Part shown: positions 13,588-26,667 of the stretch, piece after piece
Layout of the letters: each line of letters begins with the position of its first letter
Position numbering within the stretch: position 1 is the stretch's first letter
DNA from: Octopus bimaculoides
Lineage: Eukaryota
Direction: 5' to 3'
Length of the DNA stretch: 64,000 nucleotides
Assembly: GCF_001194135.2 (NCBI RefSeq)
Contig: NC_068991.1
Span: 65,969,621 to 66,033,620 of the forward strand
Notes under the pieces: model-generated
The model's database searches: none
What the model was told of the DNA's origin: nothing
The model's input: only the letters and a program-made list of their open reading frames with translations
Position numbers and translations under genes: made by a program

Positions 13588-13835
13588 ATAAAGGTTGTGC
13601 CTATGATAATTGGTACATTGAGAACTGTGAGCAAAGATATAGACAAATGGTTGAAGGAAACTGGAATAGAATGTCCTGTAGAACTAGAGTTTGCCTCTTA
13701 GGGACTGGAAAGGTCTTCAGGAGGATTCTAATAACTTGAAAGGCTATCGAAAGCTAGTGGATTCCTAAGGTTACAGGTAGTAACCTGCTACCAACATAAA
13801 TCCTGTCAAGAATAAGACTGAACCTGAGTCAAATC

Positions 13836-13870
<35 letters not shown>
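13588..13870 (+). mobile_element. 3' end of a second R4/Dong-like family
   Basis: IKVVPMIIGTLRTVSKDIDKWLKETG...LGTGKVFRRIL, then a UTR and an (AAT)n tail. Confidence 0.6.
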
Positions 13871-13873
<3 letters not shown>

Positions 13874-13884
13874 TGATGATAATT

Positions 13885-15115
13885 ATTATTATTGCCTTTG
13901 CACAGCTTCTAATACTGGAGATGTACTACAGTGTCAGCTGTTCACTACCAGTGAACTAAGGTAACACCTCTTATTTTTCGAGCACCTTCCGGAGTATTTG
14001 AGCGGTTCCAAGCAGTGCTGTTTTCTGCAAGTGCTCCACCCTTATTGCAGCCCCTATTTGTTCCACGTACTTCTTGAGATTTTTGCTCACTGTTCCCAGG
14101 GCTCCANNNNNNNNNNNNNNNNNNNNNNNNNNNNNNNNNNNNNNNNNNNNNNNNNNNNNNNNNNNNNNNNNNNNNNNNNNNNNNNNNNNNNNNNNNNNNN
14201 NNNNNNNNNNNNNNNNNNNNNNNNNNNNNNNNNNNNNNNNNNNNNNNNNNNNNNNNNNNNNNNNNNNNNNNNNNNNNNNNNNNNNNNNNNNNNNNNNNNN
14301 NNNNNNNNNNNNNNNNNNNNNNNNNNNNNNNNNNNNNNNNNNNNNNNNNNNNNNNNNNNNNNNNNNNNNNNNNNNNNNNNNNNNNNNNNNNNNNNNNNNN
14401 NNNNNNNNNNNNNNNNNNNNNNNNNNNNNNNNNNNNNNNNNNNNNNNNNNNNNNNNNNNNNNNNNNNNNNNNNNNNNNNNNNNNNNNNNNNNNNNNNNNN
14501 NNNNNNNNNNNNNNNNNNNNNNNNNNNNNNNNNNNNNNNNNNNNNNNNNNNNNNNNNNNNNNNNNNNNNNNNNNNNNNNNNNNNNNNNNNNNNNNNNNNN
14601 NNNNNNNNNNNNNNNNNNNNNNNNNNNNNNNNNNNNNNNNNNNNNNNNNNNNNNNNNNNNNNNNNNNNNNNNNNNNNNNNNNNNNNNNNNNNNNNNNNNN
14701 NNNNNNNNNNNNNNNNNNNNNNNNNNNNNNNNNNNNNNNNNNNNNNNNNNNNNNNNNNNNNNNNNNNNNNNNNNNNNNNNNNNNNNNNNNNNNNNNNNNN
14801 NNNNNNNNNNNNNNNNNNNNNNNNNNNNNNNNNGATTCTGCACTTATCACTTTCTGCTGTGTTGTTTATTCTGTATTTTATGTAGTTTGTTCTTAGTGCT
14901 TGCACTTGGGCAGCACAGATTTGAGCCTCCGTTTCCGGTTTTAAATCACTTTTAGTCATCCACAGCCATTTTTTTTTCTCTGTCTCTCTTATCTTCAACA
15001 TCTCTATGAAATTGACCATGCATTCTTTTCTTTACCCACATATTTTCAGTTTCATTTGTTTTGAATTTCTTGTATAGTGCTTTATCTTTGCAGTCTTTCA
15101 TCCTATACAAGCCCG
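13885..15115 (-). mobile_element. R4/Dong-clade (RLE-endonuclease) non-LTR retrotransposon 3' fragment spanning a gap
   Basis: KRMHGQF...LKPETEAQICAAQVQALRTNYIKYRINNTAESDKCRI [gap] GALGTVSKNLKKYVEQIG...LQKTALLGTAQILRKVLEK*; 3' end in (TAA)n. Confidence 0.8.
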
Positions 15116-16706
15116 ACCTTCTTACTTCTAATAATAGTGGTTCTGTGGCATTTTTTACATACCATTAGACCAAGTACTATACCAGACTTAGGAGTATAAA
15201 TTCTGGGGTCTATTTGTTCGACAAAACCCTGAAAGGTGATGCCCCTGCAATCCAGTGACTAAAACAAGTTAAAAGAATAAAAGAATGAAAGAATAATGAA
15301 CCAGTCAGAGGCTTGTAGTTGGACAGCCATTTTGGTTATATAACACAAAATTCTAGAAAATTCTAAAAAAGGCTTTCTTTTTCCTTCACTCAATACCCAG
15401 CAGGTTTGATCAGTTGTTCATTCATATCATTGTTGAAAGTAGCATGTGGTTCAGTCAACTGTTTCTCCACTTGCGTTTTTAACTTACGTATATAAAGGTG
15501 AATGTGAAATAAATTGCCGAATCATTTACAGCCAGATCATGTATGTAAATAATACTATTTTCAACAACAAATGGTCACAACATTTTACTTGATAAACATC
15601 AAAATATCAATAATACATTCGTTCCCTGTCAAACATGATTTTATATCAATGCTTACTTTTGTTACTGTCATGATTTAAATTGTGTCAGAGTTCTCTTACA
15701 TCTATTGTTGTCGACTTTTGACTTGTATTGCACTATCTTAGCAAAAACTTGTGTTGTGTAATTATCTTGAATTCTTTTTTTAAATTTGAAAAGAAGACTG
15801 ATACACACACACACACACACACACTTTTGTAGTACTTCAAGAGAAAATTGACCGCCAATGTCACATCTTTAAAGAATATTGGTTTCAAATTTTTGCACAA
15901 GGCCAACAATTTCAGGAGAAGGGTAAGCTGATTACATTGACCCTGAGGCAAAGATAATTTTGGTGGCATTTGAATTCAGAATATAATGATGAATGAAATA
16001 CCACTAAGTATTTGCCCAGTGTGCTAACAATTCTGCCAGCTCACCACCTTACATCTTTAAATAATATTGGTTTCAAATTTTTGCACCAGGCCAGGGATTT
16101 TGGAGGAGTGTGTGTGTGTGTGTGTATGGATAGACAGATACATAGAGAAAGATATATAGATAGATATAAGTATNNNNNNNNNNNNNNNNNNNNNNNNNNN
16201 NNNNNNNNNNNNNNNNNNNNNNNNNNNNNNNNNNNNNNNNNNNNNNNNNNNNNNNNNNNNNNNNNNNNNNNNNNNNNNNNNNNNNNNNNNNNNNNNNNNN
16301 NNNNNNNNNNNNNNNNNNNNNNNNNNNNNNNNNNNNNNNNNNNNNNNNNNNNNNNNNNNNNNNNNNNNNNNNNNNNNNNNNNNNNNNNNNNNNNNNNNNN
16401 NNNNNNNNNNNNNNNNNNNNNNNNNNNNNNNNNNNNNNNNNNNNNNNNNNNNNNNNNNNNNNNNNNNNNNNNNNNNNNNNNNNNNNNNNNNNNNNNNNNN
16501 NNNNNNNNNNNNNNNNNNNNNNNNNNNNNNNNNNNNNNNNNNNNNNNNNNNNNNNNNNNNNNNNNNNNNNNNNNNNNNNNNNNNNNNNNNNNNNNNNNNT
16601 ATATATTTGTATTTATAGATCTATACCAAAATTTGGTAAAAATATTGTATCTGTTATCAACGTAGCAAAATCCTCACATGTGAGTTTTTGTATGTATATC
16701 AATTTA

Positions 16707-17264
16707 AATAAGAGCTAAAAGATGATCCATTGTAAAAACTTTATTATGACCTATGATCATTTCGATGCAATATCCAGATCGATTCATGCATATTATAAAA
16801 TAGGAAATATTGTATCTCTTCAGGGTGAGATTAATTCATAGCAGACAGTAAAAACAGACAACATTCATAGTTGTCCTAGAATTACTTGTATATAAACAAG
16901 TTGAAAAGACATGACACGAACTGAAACTGTATAGCATATCGGTCTTGAAACCGTTAGAAAGCAGAGTAAGTGAGGAGTGATAATTTAGCATCACTTCTCA
17001 CTTACTCTGCTTTCTAACGGTTTCAAGACCGATATGCTATACAGTTTCAGTTCGTGTCATGTCTTTTCAACTTGTTTATATACATGTAATTCTAGGACAA
17101 CTATGACTGTTGTCTGTTTTTACTGTCTGCTATGAATTAATCTGACCCTGAAGAGATACAATATTCCATATTTTATAATATGCATGAGTTGGTCTGGATA
17201 TTGCATCGAAATGATCATAGGTCATAATAAAGTTTTTACAATGGATCATCTTTTAGCTCTTATT
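16707..17264. repeat. Long near-perfect palindrome (275-bp arms, 8-nt loop)
   Basis: 16707-16981 is the reverse complement of 16990-17264 with about 9 substitutions by eye; the loop is AATTTAGC. The right arm runs into an N gap. Confidence 0.92.
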
Positions 17265-18399
17265 NNNNNNNNNNNNNNNNNNNNNNNNNNNNNNNNNNTG
17301 TCACCCACCATCACTTGACAGTGTTGGCTTGTTTACATCCCCATAACTTAGTGGCTCAGTAGAAGAGACTGATAGAATAACTGCCAAATGTAAAAAAAAA
17401 TATAAATAAGTGCTCATGTTAATTTGTTCAGCTAAACCCTTAAAGGTGGTACTCCAGCATTGAAGCCACTATGGCATAACACCACCTCTACTGAAGAAGC
17501 TCAGTCACTGGCTACAGATCTGCAACTTGGATACAAGTTAATACCAACAATATAGATATCTTTGTTTATGTGTGTGTATGTATATGTGTGCATAATACAC
17601 ACATTTCACATGCATGCACTCATGCACACACAAACACAATGAGGAAGATTTGACTGTTTCGCATACTTCATATTCTGCCTGAAAGATTTCAGAGTAACTA
17701 TCCTAAGATACCATAGTAGTTACAAGACAGCAGTAAGTGCGTAGTTAGCTATAAGGAATTTCTTAACAGGATGGAACTATCAATATAGATTAACAATTGA
17801 AAATTGGTCACCCAATGAGAATGATAGGAGCATGATAAAATGTAATATTTGAATAATTGAACAAGTCATCTGAAAGATTTATATACTAAAGATTTAATAG
17901 GTTCCTGTGCTTCCCTCTTTGCAATCTTTCATGTGACTAATTCAGTTATTCAAACTGTTGCGTTCCTATTACACACCTATCATTTTCATTGGTTGGCCCA
18001 CCTTCATTAGTCAATCTTTCTTTTGTTATTATGCTGTGTTGTGTAGCTGCATGTTGTTTACATGTATTTTGCTATCTCATCCTTATTACTCATACCTTGT
18101 CTTTCATTCTTTAGCCTCACAGCAACTCAGATCAATTTTTAGTATGAATTGGTTTTGATGTCTGTACCAGGATACAATCTCATGTGTCCTATAGTGTAAC
18201 CATATTTTTTGTGAGATGATTTTGTATTTTTTCGCAATACATAGTCAACACTCTTGGGAAAAAATGGTTACTCAATAGGAGACATGAGATTACATCCTAG
18301 TACAGACATCAACACTGATCAGAGGTGGTACTTATTGCTCCACTGATACATTTTTGTTGAAGTCGGGTTGTCTTGTAACTTCTCTTTTAAAATTAACAC

Positions 18400-18625
18400 T
18401 TGATGGAGATGTTCTTGATCTTTTATGGTTGTATCTGTTTTCGAGTAGTTATTCATATTGTAGATTACATACTTTTGGTTACATATGCTCTTATAGCTAA
18501 CTTTTGCATTGTTCCTATTAAAGTACTTATGGTGCTCTGGTTGATTGAAAAACATTCAGTGATTAGCACTAAGCTATTTTTAAGAACATTTTGGCTGAAA
18601 AGCTAGTTGGTTTATCCTTTATTTT
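18400..18625 (-). mobile_element. Decayed Penelope-like element fragment (RT-thumb to GIY-YIG linker)
   Basis: Minus-strand frames give FSQNV... and HKYFNRNNAKVSY, resembling the PPFSxNV...HKIFNRNTVKVSYSCM motif of Penelope ORFs; heavily decayed. Confidence 0.45.
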
Positions 18626-19338
18626 TCCCTGGTTCTAATGCATTTGAGGTTAGTTTGTTTAACATGAAGTATGTAATTTAGCATTTGGCAGTAATATTTA
18701 ACTAGTTAAATAGACCAGCTACTAAATGTTTAACAATAATATTTAACCCTTTAGTATTCATATGTCTTTGTCCAATTTATTGGCTATTTATTCACATTGT
18801 TTTGAATTAATCGTGCATTCATTATTGTGTAGCTTCAGTATTGCAATGATGTGATTGTATATTTTTAGAATGACATTGTAGGTTAGGTGTGGGAGGTTGG
18901 ATCTGGCCTGTTTGAACATAAAACAGGCAGAATATTTTGACTGGATATGACTGGGTTAATCAATTAAATGTATCAATTATTGGAGTGCATTGGCTTAATG
19001 GTTAACTCTTTTACATAATGATATAATTTGCTTGCATACACTTTCAGGAACCCACTCAGATATGTAGACACTACTTTGCCAAAATACATTTGGCATCTCA
19101 AAGATAAAGACCTCAATTTTGACATTAAAAGGAAAATTTTGAATCATGCAAAACTATAAAACAAATTTTAATGATTTTGTAATATATTCATCCTTAGAAG
19201 CTAAACAATTCTTTTATCTTGGGAATACTTTCAACAGTAATTTCAAACTTAAAACATTTTGCAAGTGCAAGCATTTATTTTTATTGCACTACAAAGTTAT
19301 TTATTGAATTATTTATACTCACCATACCAATATACCCA

Positions 19339-19728
19339 ATAGACTCCATCAAGTGCTCAGGGGGATCATTAGAAGTAGTAGACAACTTTTGTTACCTAGG
19401 CAACCAAGTTAGCAGTGGAGGAGGAAGTTCTGAAAGTGTAGTTGCTAGAATAAGAATGTGCTAGGCAAAGTTCAGAGAGTTTTTACCTTTATTGGTAACT
19501 AAGGGCCTCTCCCTCAGAGTAAAAAGCAGATTGTATGATGCCTGTGTACGTACAGCTATGCTACATGGCAATGAAACATGGGTTTTGATTACAGAGGATT
19601 TGCAAAGACTTAAAAGAAATGAAGCTAGCATACTCTGTTGGATGGATAATGTCAGTGTGTACACACAATAGAGTGTAAATAATTTTAGAAGAAAACTGGG
19701 TAAAAGAGACATCAGATGTTGTCTGCAA
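19339..19728 (+). mobile_element. RTE-clade LINE reverse-transcriptase C-terminal fragment (decayed)
   Basis: Translates LEVVDNFCYLGNQVSSGGGSSESVVARIRMC*AKFREFLPLLVTKGLSLRVKSRLYDACVRTAMLHGNETW..., typical of the RTE post-RT region, with stops. Confidence 0.85.
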
Positions 19729-20361
19729 TTCTTTTCACCCTCTTCTCTCCTTTTCTTTTCTTTTCATTTCTCTTCCCTATCTGCTAAATCTCCCACTTCT
19801 TCATCTCTTCCTCATCTCTTCTCTCATCTTTGTACACAGCTTATGTAATTAACCAATAAATCTTTTTTGTTTCGAATCTTATGTAATCAAAACTTGTGTA
19901 AATAGTCAAATATCTCCACTTCAAGTCTTTTAATTGTCTTTTTCATAATCATTCAAACATAATAAAAAAGAAACTTGAAGTAATGAGTTTAGAGATTTCA
20001 GCTTCCAATTATATGTAGTTGTATTTTAGGACAACTTCTGGTCCTATTTTCTTTGTTAGCAGTTATGTGTAATGGAGGATGTTTTGAAAATAACCATCAT
20101 CATCATTATCATTACCATCCTTTAACATCCATTTTTCCATGCTGGCATGGGTTGGACGGTTTGATAGGAGCTGGCAATCTGGTTAGTTGCACCAGGTTCC
20201 AATCTGATTTAGCTCGGTTTCTACAACTGAATGCCTTTCCTTACACCAACCACTTTACAGAGTGTGCTGGGTACTTTTTACATGGCACTGGCCCCATGTG
20301 GCACTGGCACAAGTGCTTTTTATGTATCACCAGCTTTATTTAAGTTTAATTAGCGTCATCT

Positions 20362-20589
20362 TTAACCCTTTAGCATTCAGATTATTTTGTTAAATATAAT
20401 GCTTATTTATTCACATTCTTTTGAATTAATTATGCATTATCTTGTAGCTTTGAGATTTCAATGAACTGATTGCTTACTTCTAGTATGACATTGTATGACA
20501 GCTGTTAGAAAATGAATTTGGCCAGTTTGAACATAAAACAAGTATAATATTTTGACCAGATATGGCTGGCTTAAATGCTAAAGGCTTAA
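20362..20589. mobile_element. Second piggyBac-like MITE family (other copies ~18743-18959, 28524-29196, 44613-44785, 51449-51658, ~60505-60945)
   Basis: TTAA|CCCTTTAGCATT...AATGCTAAAGG(G)|TTAA termini and shared body (...gcttatttattcacatt...gaacataaaaca...). Confidence 0.75.
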
Positions 20590-20958
20590 ATTACTCTCAG
20601 CCCAGAAGATTCTAGAATCCATTTGACAGGAAAACTTGCACACTCCTCTGAAGTTATCTCCACTGTTATGAATAAACCTGTGCTGATTGGTCAAATCATA
20701 GTCACATTGGTGTTACTTCCTGTTATGGCAATGTTTTACCTTTTATGGAAATATATTAGGTCATGCTTCTAAACTGGGAAAATTTGAGAACTGTGGTTTG
20801 AATCTCAGCATGGTTCCTACTGTAGTATGTGACTAACTCTACCTCGAGTATTGAATACACTTTTTTCTCCTCACTCACATTAAGATGTACACAATCACAT
20901 TTTTATTGATAGACACCCACACACACACATACATTTTTATTGATACACCCCACCCCCT

Positions 20959-20996
<38 letters not shown>

Positions 20997-22107
20997 GCTG
21001 TCTGCTTTTGTTAATATCTCTTTTAAAATCTGTAATCATGGCTGACTGCTTTCACTTTGATGTGAATTGCAAAAAAAAGTGAACAGTTTTGAATTGACCT
21101 AACATACTTTGTCTGCACGAAGAAAGCCATTTACTCTCTCTCTCACACACACACACGCACACATACACACACACACACAAATATTGCTTTTGTTGTTTTG
21201 TTTATTTTCACCATCGTTATCATCATCATCATTTTCGTGTTCACTTTTCCGTCCATGCTTGGATGGGTCAGACAGAATTCAAAGAAGTAGATTTTCTACT
21301 GCTGGATGCCCTTCCTATCAGCAACCCTTGCTTGATCCAAGTGAGGTAATATTTCCCCATGGCCAGACATGTTTTTGTAGTAGACTGAAAACAAATGACA
21401 CTGCTTGTGTACCAGTAAGTCTTGTTTACAGCCATTGCATGTTGTCATGGCAAGGAGGCACAAACACACAGACACCCACACGCACACATACACCCACACA
21501 CACACATGCACACACATACATGCACACACACATGCACACAGACACACTCACACATACGCATGCATACACATTCACAGACACACATGCACACACACACACA
21601 CAAACACACACAGATACACACTCACACACATACATACACAACACACACACACACAACACACGCAAACACATACAGAGACACACACTCACACACATATATA
21701 TTTATGTATATCCAATGGAATACAAGGTCAGGGATCTCATCAGCTCCTGATGAGACCTGCCACTGGTACCATGTAGACCAGTACCACCTGTTCCATGGTC
21801 AAGTGGTCAGCAAATCAACTGGCTTTGCCACTGAGCAACTTGCTACTATACTGAGGAAGGTGTTTGGACACCCAACAGGACTAAAAACAAGACCTGAGCT
21901 TCCTGTAGACCAATGGCCATCCAGTTGAGGAAGCTGTTGGCAAACCACCCCAATGTCTCTGCCAAGAAAAAAACTCTGAGAAAGTCAGAATAAAGTAATG
22001 CTACGGTTTCAGCCAATGGGAGAATTCGCACTTAACGAGGAAGACTTTGTTGTAGCATAACCACAACTAATTATTTATTTGTATAATACTATTTTACACC
22101 AGACGTG

Positions 22108-22489
22108 GAGGCACAATGGCCCAATGGTTAGGGCAGCGGACTCGCGGTCATAGGATTGCAGTTTCGATTCCCAGACCGGGCGTTGTGAGTGTTTATTGAG
22201 CGAAAACACCTAAAGCTCCACGAGGCTCCGGCAGGGGATGGTGGCGAACCCTGCTGTACTCTTCCACCACAACTTTCTCTCACTCTTTCTTCCTGTTTCT
22301 GTTGTGCCTGTAATTCAAAGGGTCAACCGTGTCACACTGTGTCACGCTGAATATCCCCGAGAACTACGTTAAGGGTACACGTGTCTGTGGAGTGCTCAGC
22401 CACTTGCATGTTAATTTCACGAGCAGGCTGTTCCGTTGATCGGATCAACTGGAACCCTCGACATTGTAAGCGACGGAGTGCCAACAACA
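22108..22489 (+). mobile_element. Full-length tRNA-derived SINE (~380 bp) with target-site duplication
   Basis: A box TGGCCCAATGG, B box GTTTCGATTCC and a (CAA)n tail. A 12-bp TSD ACACCAGACGTG lies at 22096-22107 and 22490-22501. Confidence 0.9.
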
Positions 22490-25404
22490 ACACCAGACGT
22501 GCATATCCACATCATCACATCTTTTCTTTTTTTTTTATTCTCAGGCATAGTTAACAATGACTACATCATATTATAGCATATATCCAAGTATGGTTTGAGA
22601 AAGATTTGACTGCTATTTCTTGCATGATCCCTCAATGGCTTTTACTGGTGTATTTTGAGAGTGATGGAAAAGGAATTTCCATTTGGAAGCTGGGGATCAA
22701 CTTTTTTGGAGAGCGTATCTGTTTGTTTCATAAACAGGAAACGAGGCTCATTACTTGGAGAACTTAAAGATAAAGATGACATTAGATAGTGTTAGTCAGA
22801 ATTCTTATAACTAACTGTAATGATACTGGAATGAAGGTTGCCAATTTGAAAAATTCACCAAAGCCTAGCTGTGTTTGAAAAGATTTTTATCAACATAGGA
22901 TATAAAAGAATTTTTCAAATGGGAATTGTTAAAACCCTCTGCAACATTAAACATATGTGATTGAGTAGTTTATATTTTATTTTTTTATTTTTTTACATAT
23001 TTCAATTATTTGACTGTGGCCATGCTGGGGCACCACCTCGAAAGGATTTAGTCGAAGAAATCGACACCAGGACTTATCTTATAATGCCTGGTACTTATTC
23101 TGCCGGTCTCTTTTACCAAACCTTTGCGAGGGTTGTAAACACACCGGTTGTTGAGGACAAACATAGACACGCATGCATGCATGCATGCACATGCAAACAC
23201 ACACACACACACACATACATACAAGTTTCTTCCAGTTTCCATCTCTCAAATCCATTTACAAGGCAATGGTCATTCTGAGGCTATAGTAGAAGACACTTGC
23301 ACAAGGTGCACACAGTGGGACTGAACCCTGAACTATATGGTTGAGGAGTAAGCTTCTTACCACAGGCTAGCTTTTGAATTTATCTCTCAATTTATCTGTT
23401 AAGTCCAGAACATTGTTACTAAAAAAAACTTGTCTGTAAATTGTATAATGCTTTTGCTGCTTATGTTGGAACAATGTACTTAACTATAGTACCTGTATAT
23501 AACTAGCCAATGCGATATAGATATTTTGGTCATAGACAGAAGATGCAACTCTTCAGCTATTATTAATGTAACATCCAACTCACAGCTTTATCAAGGATAA
23601 GCAGACTTATGTAACTTCAATGCCACATATATAGGTGTTTAATAACCATAAGGATAAATGTAAAAGCCACATATACCATAAGCTGAATAACTGTAAAAAC
23701 TACAAGAATGACTTTCAGATATTTGATATCTGCAAGTAAAGAAACGAAGCTTTACTGACACAAATACAAATTGTATAACCCACCTGAGACTAAACTTGGT
23801 TCTATAACACTAACTTCCTGTTTAAAGAACCTAAATTAAAATCTTCCATTAAAATCTCATCCAAATTTGTGTCAAACACCATTTTAATAATGACAACGTT
23901 ATTTCGTTAGATTCTTCATTATTTTCAAAAGTAATTGCAACGAAGGTAATGTATCTCAACAGAAATATGGTAAAAAATGAGGTTAATGTTTTTCACTTAT
24001 TGTGAATATTTTCCCTATATTTTAATGTTTGTACAGAAAGAGGGACACTGTTTTATGTTCCAGAAACAATTGAGAATTGTTAATATATGCCTTTAATATT
24101 AATTGTGATCAAAAAAAGAGATTGGTTTATATATTTCTACGATGCATTCATGTGAAAGAATAAACAAAGGATGGTTAAATGCCGAAGAATATCAGGTACT
24201 TTTATATGTTACAGCTTGGGCACACTGACACTGTGTGTGTGTGTGTGTGTGTATGATCAGTTGTAGCTCTTTGGAAAAAAGCAAAGAGCGTTCAACTATG
24301 AATATGTAATACTTTAGGTAGCAACTTTATATGGCATGCTCTGTTTGAACTACAGTGGCCCAACCTATGTACTAGTAGCATGCAGGTTCACATTGAACAA
24401 TGACTTTGTATTTTTCGTTTTCCGTGCTTGGAATCCATCTCTTGTCCCTGTATTTCTAATTTATATATAAAAGATCATTTATTAGAAGGAGAATCATCCA
24501 TATTTTTCATATCATTAGTGTTTTTTAAATTGCTGTTTCTGTAGCTATGGTATATTTCGGTATTGTTTTTGCTATGTCTTTCATAAGTGTTCTTTATGTG
24601 ATTTTGGTTCTGTCTGAAGTAATTTTTGTAAATCCAATTTTAAGGTTTATAATCCCTAGAATTTAGGTATCAGTTTGTAGGACTCACTTTCTACACATCT
24701 ATTTACAGACTTGGTTATTGTTCCTTATGGTATGATTGGACTTTTGTTCTGAATTAATTGTGTCTTTAATGTATGTATGTATCATTATTCAGGTTTATTT
24801 CAAGATTTCTTGCCAATAGAGAAAGAACCGGTTTCTAACCTAGATCCAAAGCTCCTTCATTGGAATTTCAACAGAGTATTTTTGTATGTATATATGCATG
24901 TAGATTTGTAAATTTTGTTTTATGTATGTATTCTCATGCATATACTTACATATCTAGACATGCTCATATATACTTAAATGATGAACTTCTGGAATGTTTT
25001 ACAGATTTTTACAGTTCCAGTGATGGTTTGGATCTGTAGTCTTCGAATTAGCTTTCTCCTTTCTGGTTTTGGGAAGCCTAATTTTTCACGATTGGTATTT
25101 AGGCAGTGTATTACATATCTCAGTGCCCCAATGATAACAAGTATAAACCTGTAATTATGTATGCATGTAATTATGCATACATGTACATACATGTATGCAT
25201 ACATGTACATACACTTATTGTTCAATCCCCATATACTGCATTAATATTCCTCGCACCTTCCATTGCATTGTTGCCTTTATTGAACTCATAAAGCAAAATA
25301 TGTTGAATATGCTCCTTTGTCACATCTATTATAGCTTTGAAAAAATAGCTGTTAAAATCAAACTGCACTCTTCAAAACTTGCATTATGAATAAGCACAAG
25401 ATAA

Positions 25405-25750
25405 AATTACTACCTGCTTTTATAGTAAGTTGATGCAGGTAGTTTATCCCGTCCCCCTCCGACCTTTAGTCCATGCAATTGAAAAAAAACTGATGAATAA
25501 AAGGGAAGTTACTCAAATAGGTAAAATAAAAGAAAAAAAGAAAAGATAAAAAATACATGCAGCCATAATGTTAGGATCTGGAATCTTCCAAACAGATGCA
25601 TGACATGTCAGTCGAATTAGCCCTTCATTTACTTCACAAATGTTTTGTCGTCAATGCTGCACTTCCTTGTATCACATGTTTCAACTTAACTATACCATAT
25701 ATAAAAACTATGCCATTTAAATCCCAAGCAACGCCAGGTATATCTGCTAG
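25405..25750 (+). mobile_element. Possible non-autonomous Helitron remnant
   Basis: 3' end CCCAAGCAACGCCAGGTATATCTG-CTAG|T resembles a decayed GC hairpin plus CTAG terminus; short IR ACTACCTGC/GCAGGTAGT at ~25409-25443; 5' boundary uncertain. Confidence 0.35.
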
Positions 25751-26439
25751 TTTTTTATATAAGCAAAAATATGGTCATTATTAAGAGTGAATGGTTGAGA
25801 ATTGAAGAGTTGTTTCGTATATTAGGAGGAAATGTCAATTTGGAAATCCAGAACAGAACAGTGGAGAGAAAGGGGGGAGTGTAAAAAAGTAGAGAAAAGG
25901 GAGACACAACTACCAAATGGATGAAAGGCTGAATAGGGGGTCATCTGTGGGAAATAATTGTGGAGGTGAGAGAGCAATCATAGCCTTCCCTTAAGGCAAT
26001 TTGGAGAAGTATATTAGAATGTAAACAAGGTATAAACATGTCTGGCTAGGTATTTAAGTACATCCAGGACATAAGTCAGCTTTTTATATTGTGTGTATGT
26101 GCTTACACGCACACATGCACACACATGCACACATACACACACACATACATACATAGACACATGCACTTGTATAAAATTAACATTATATAACAAAGAATCC
26201 AAAGCCATTTGCTGGATATTTTTTCATTGTGTCCATGATTCAAACATTAGTTTATGTAAATTTACAAAACACTTTACGGAAATCAGAGCTAGGTATCAGA
26301 CAAGTCACGAACCAGTTCAGGTAAACTTTCCAGCAGGTATGAATAACTCTGCATATGTTATAGAAAAGAAAGCCGTTAGACAAATTAACAGAATTTACAG
26401 TCGTTGTTATTTAGTTATTATAGACACGCATATTCTTAT

Positions 26440-26667
26440 TTAACCCTTTCATTACTGTATTTCTTTTGAGATGCTCTGTGTTTCTTTCAATTACTTTAAA
26501 TATAACAAAGAATTTAGTAAAATGACTTAGTTATCATTCAGCTAGTGTTAGGAACATAAATTGTGACTAAGGTTTGGTGGAACATTTTAACTCAAAACTT
26601 ATGAAAGCAAGATATTTGTCCTCAGAGCCAGAGCTGGTTTCAGACAGGTTGGTAATGAAAGGGTTAA
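26440..26667. mobile_element. piggyBac-like MITE (same family as 11282-11509)
   Basis: TTAA|CCCTTTCATTAC...GTAATGAAAGGG|TTAA; body nearly collinear with 11282-11509. Confidence 0.8.

Noticed and set aside
21736-21755. CTGATGAG motif
   Set aside because: It is one arm of a small CTCATCAG/CTGATGAG hairpin with no downstream stem II-GAAA; not a hammerhead.
21109-21928. His/Thr-rich, Cys/Val-rich and Arg/Glu-rich ORFs here and at 37031-37397, 47317-48073, 63124-63921
   Set aside because: Translations of (CA)n, (GA)n and (CT)n microsatellites; no protein-like features.
24785-24875. Second hammerhead-like string on the minus strand (CCAATGA-A...GAAACCGGTT)
   Set aside because: Two core positions differ from CUGAUGA and stems I and II do not pair convincingly; at best a dead or unrelated repeat, worth rechecking only against a family consensus.
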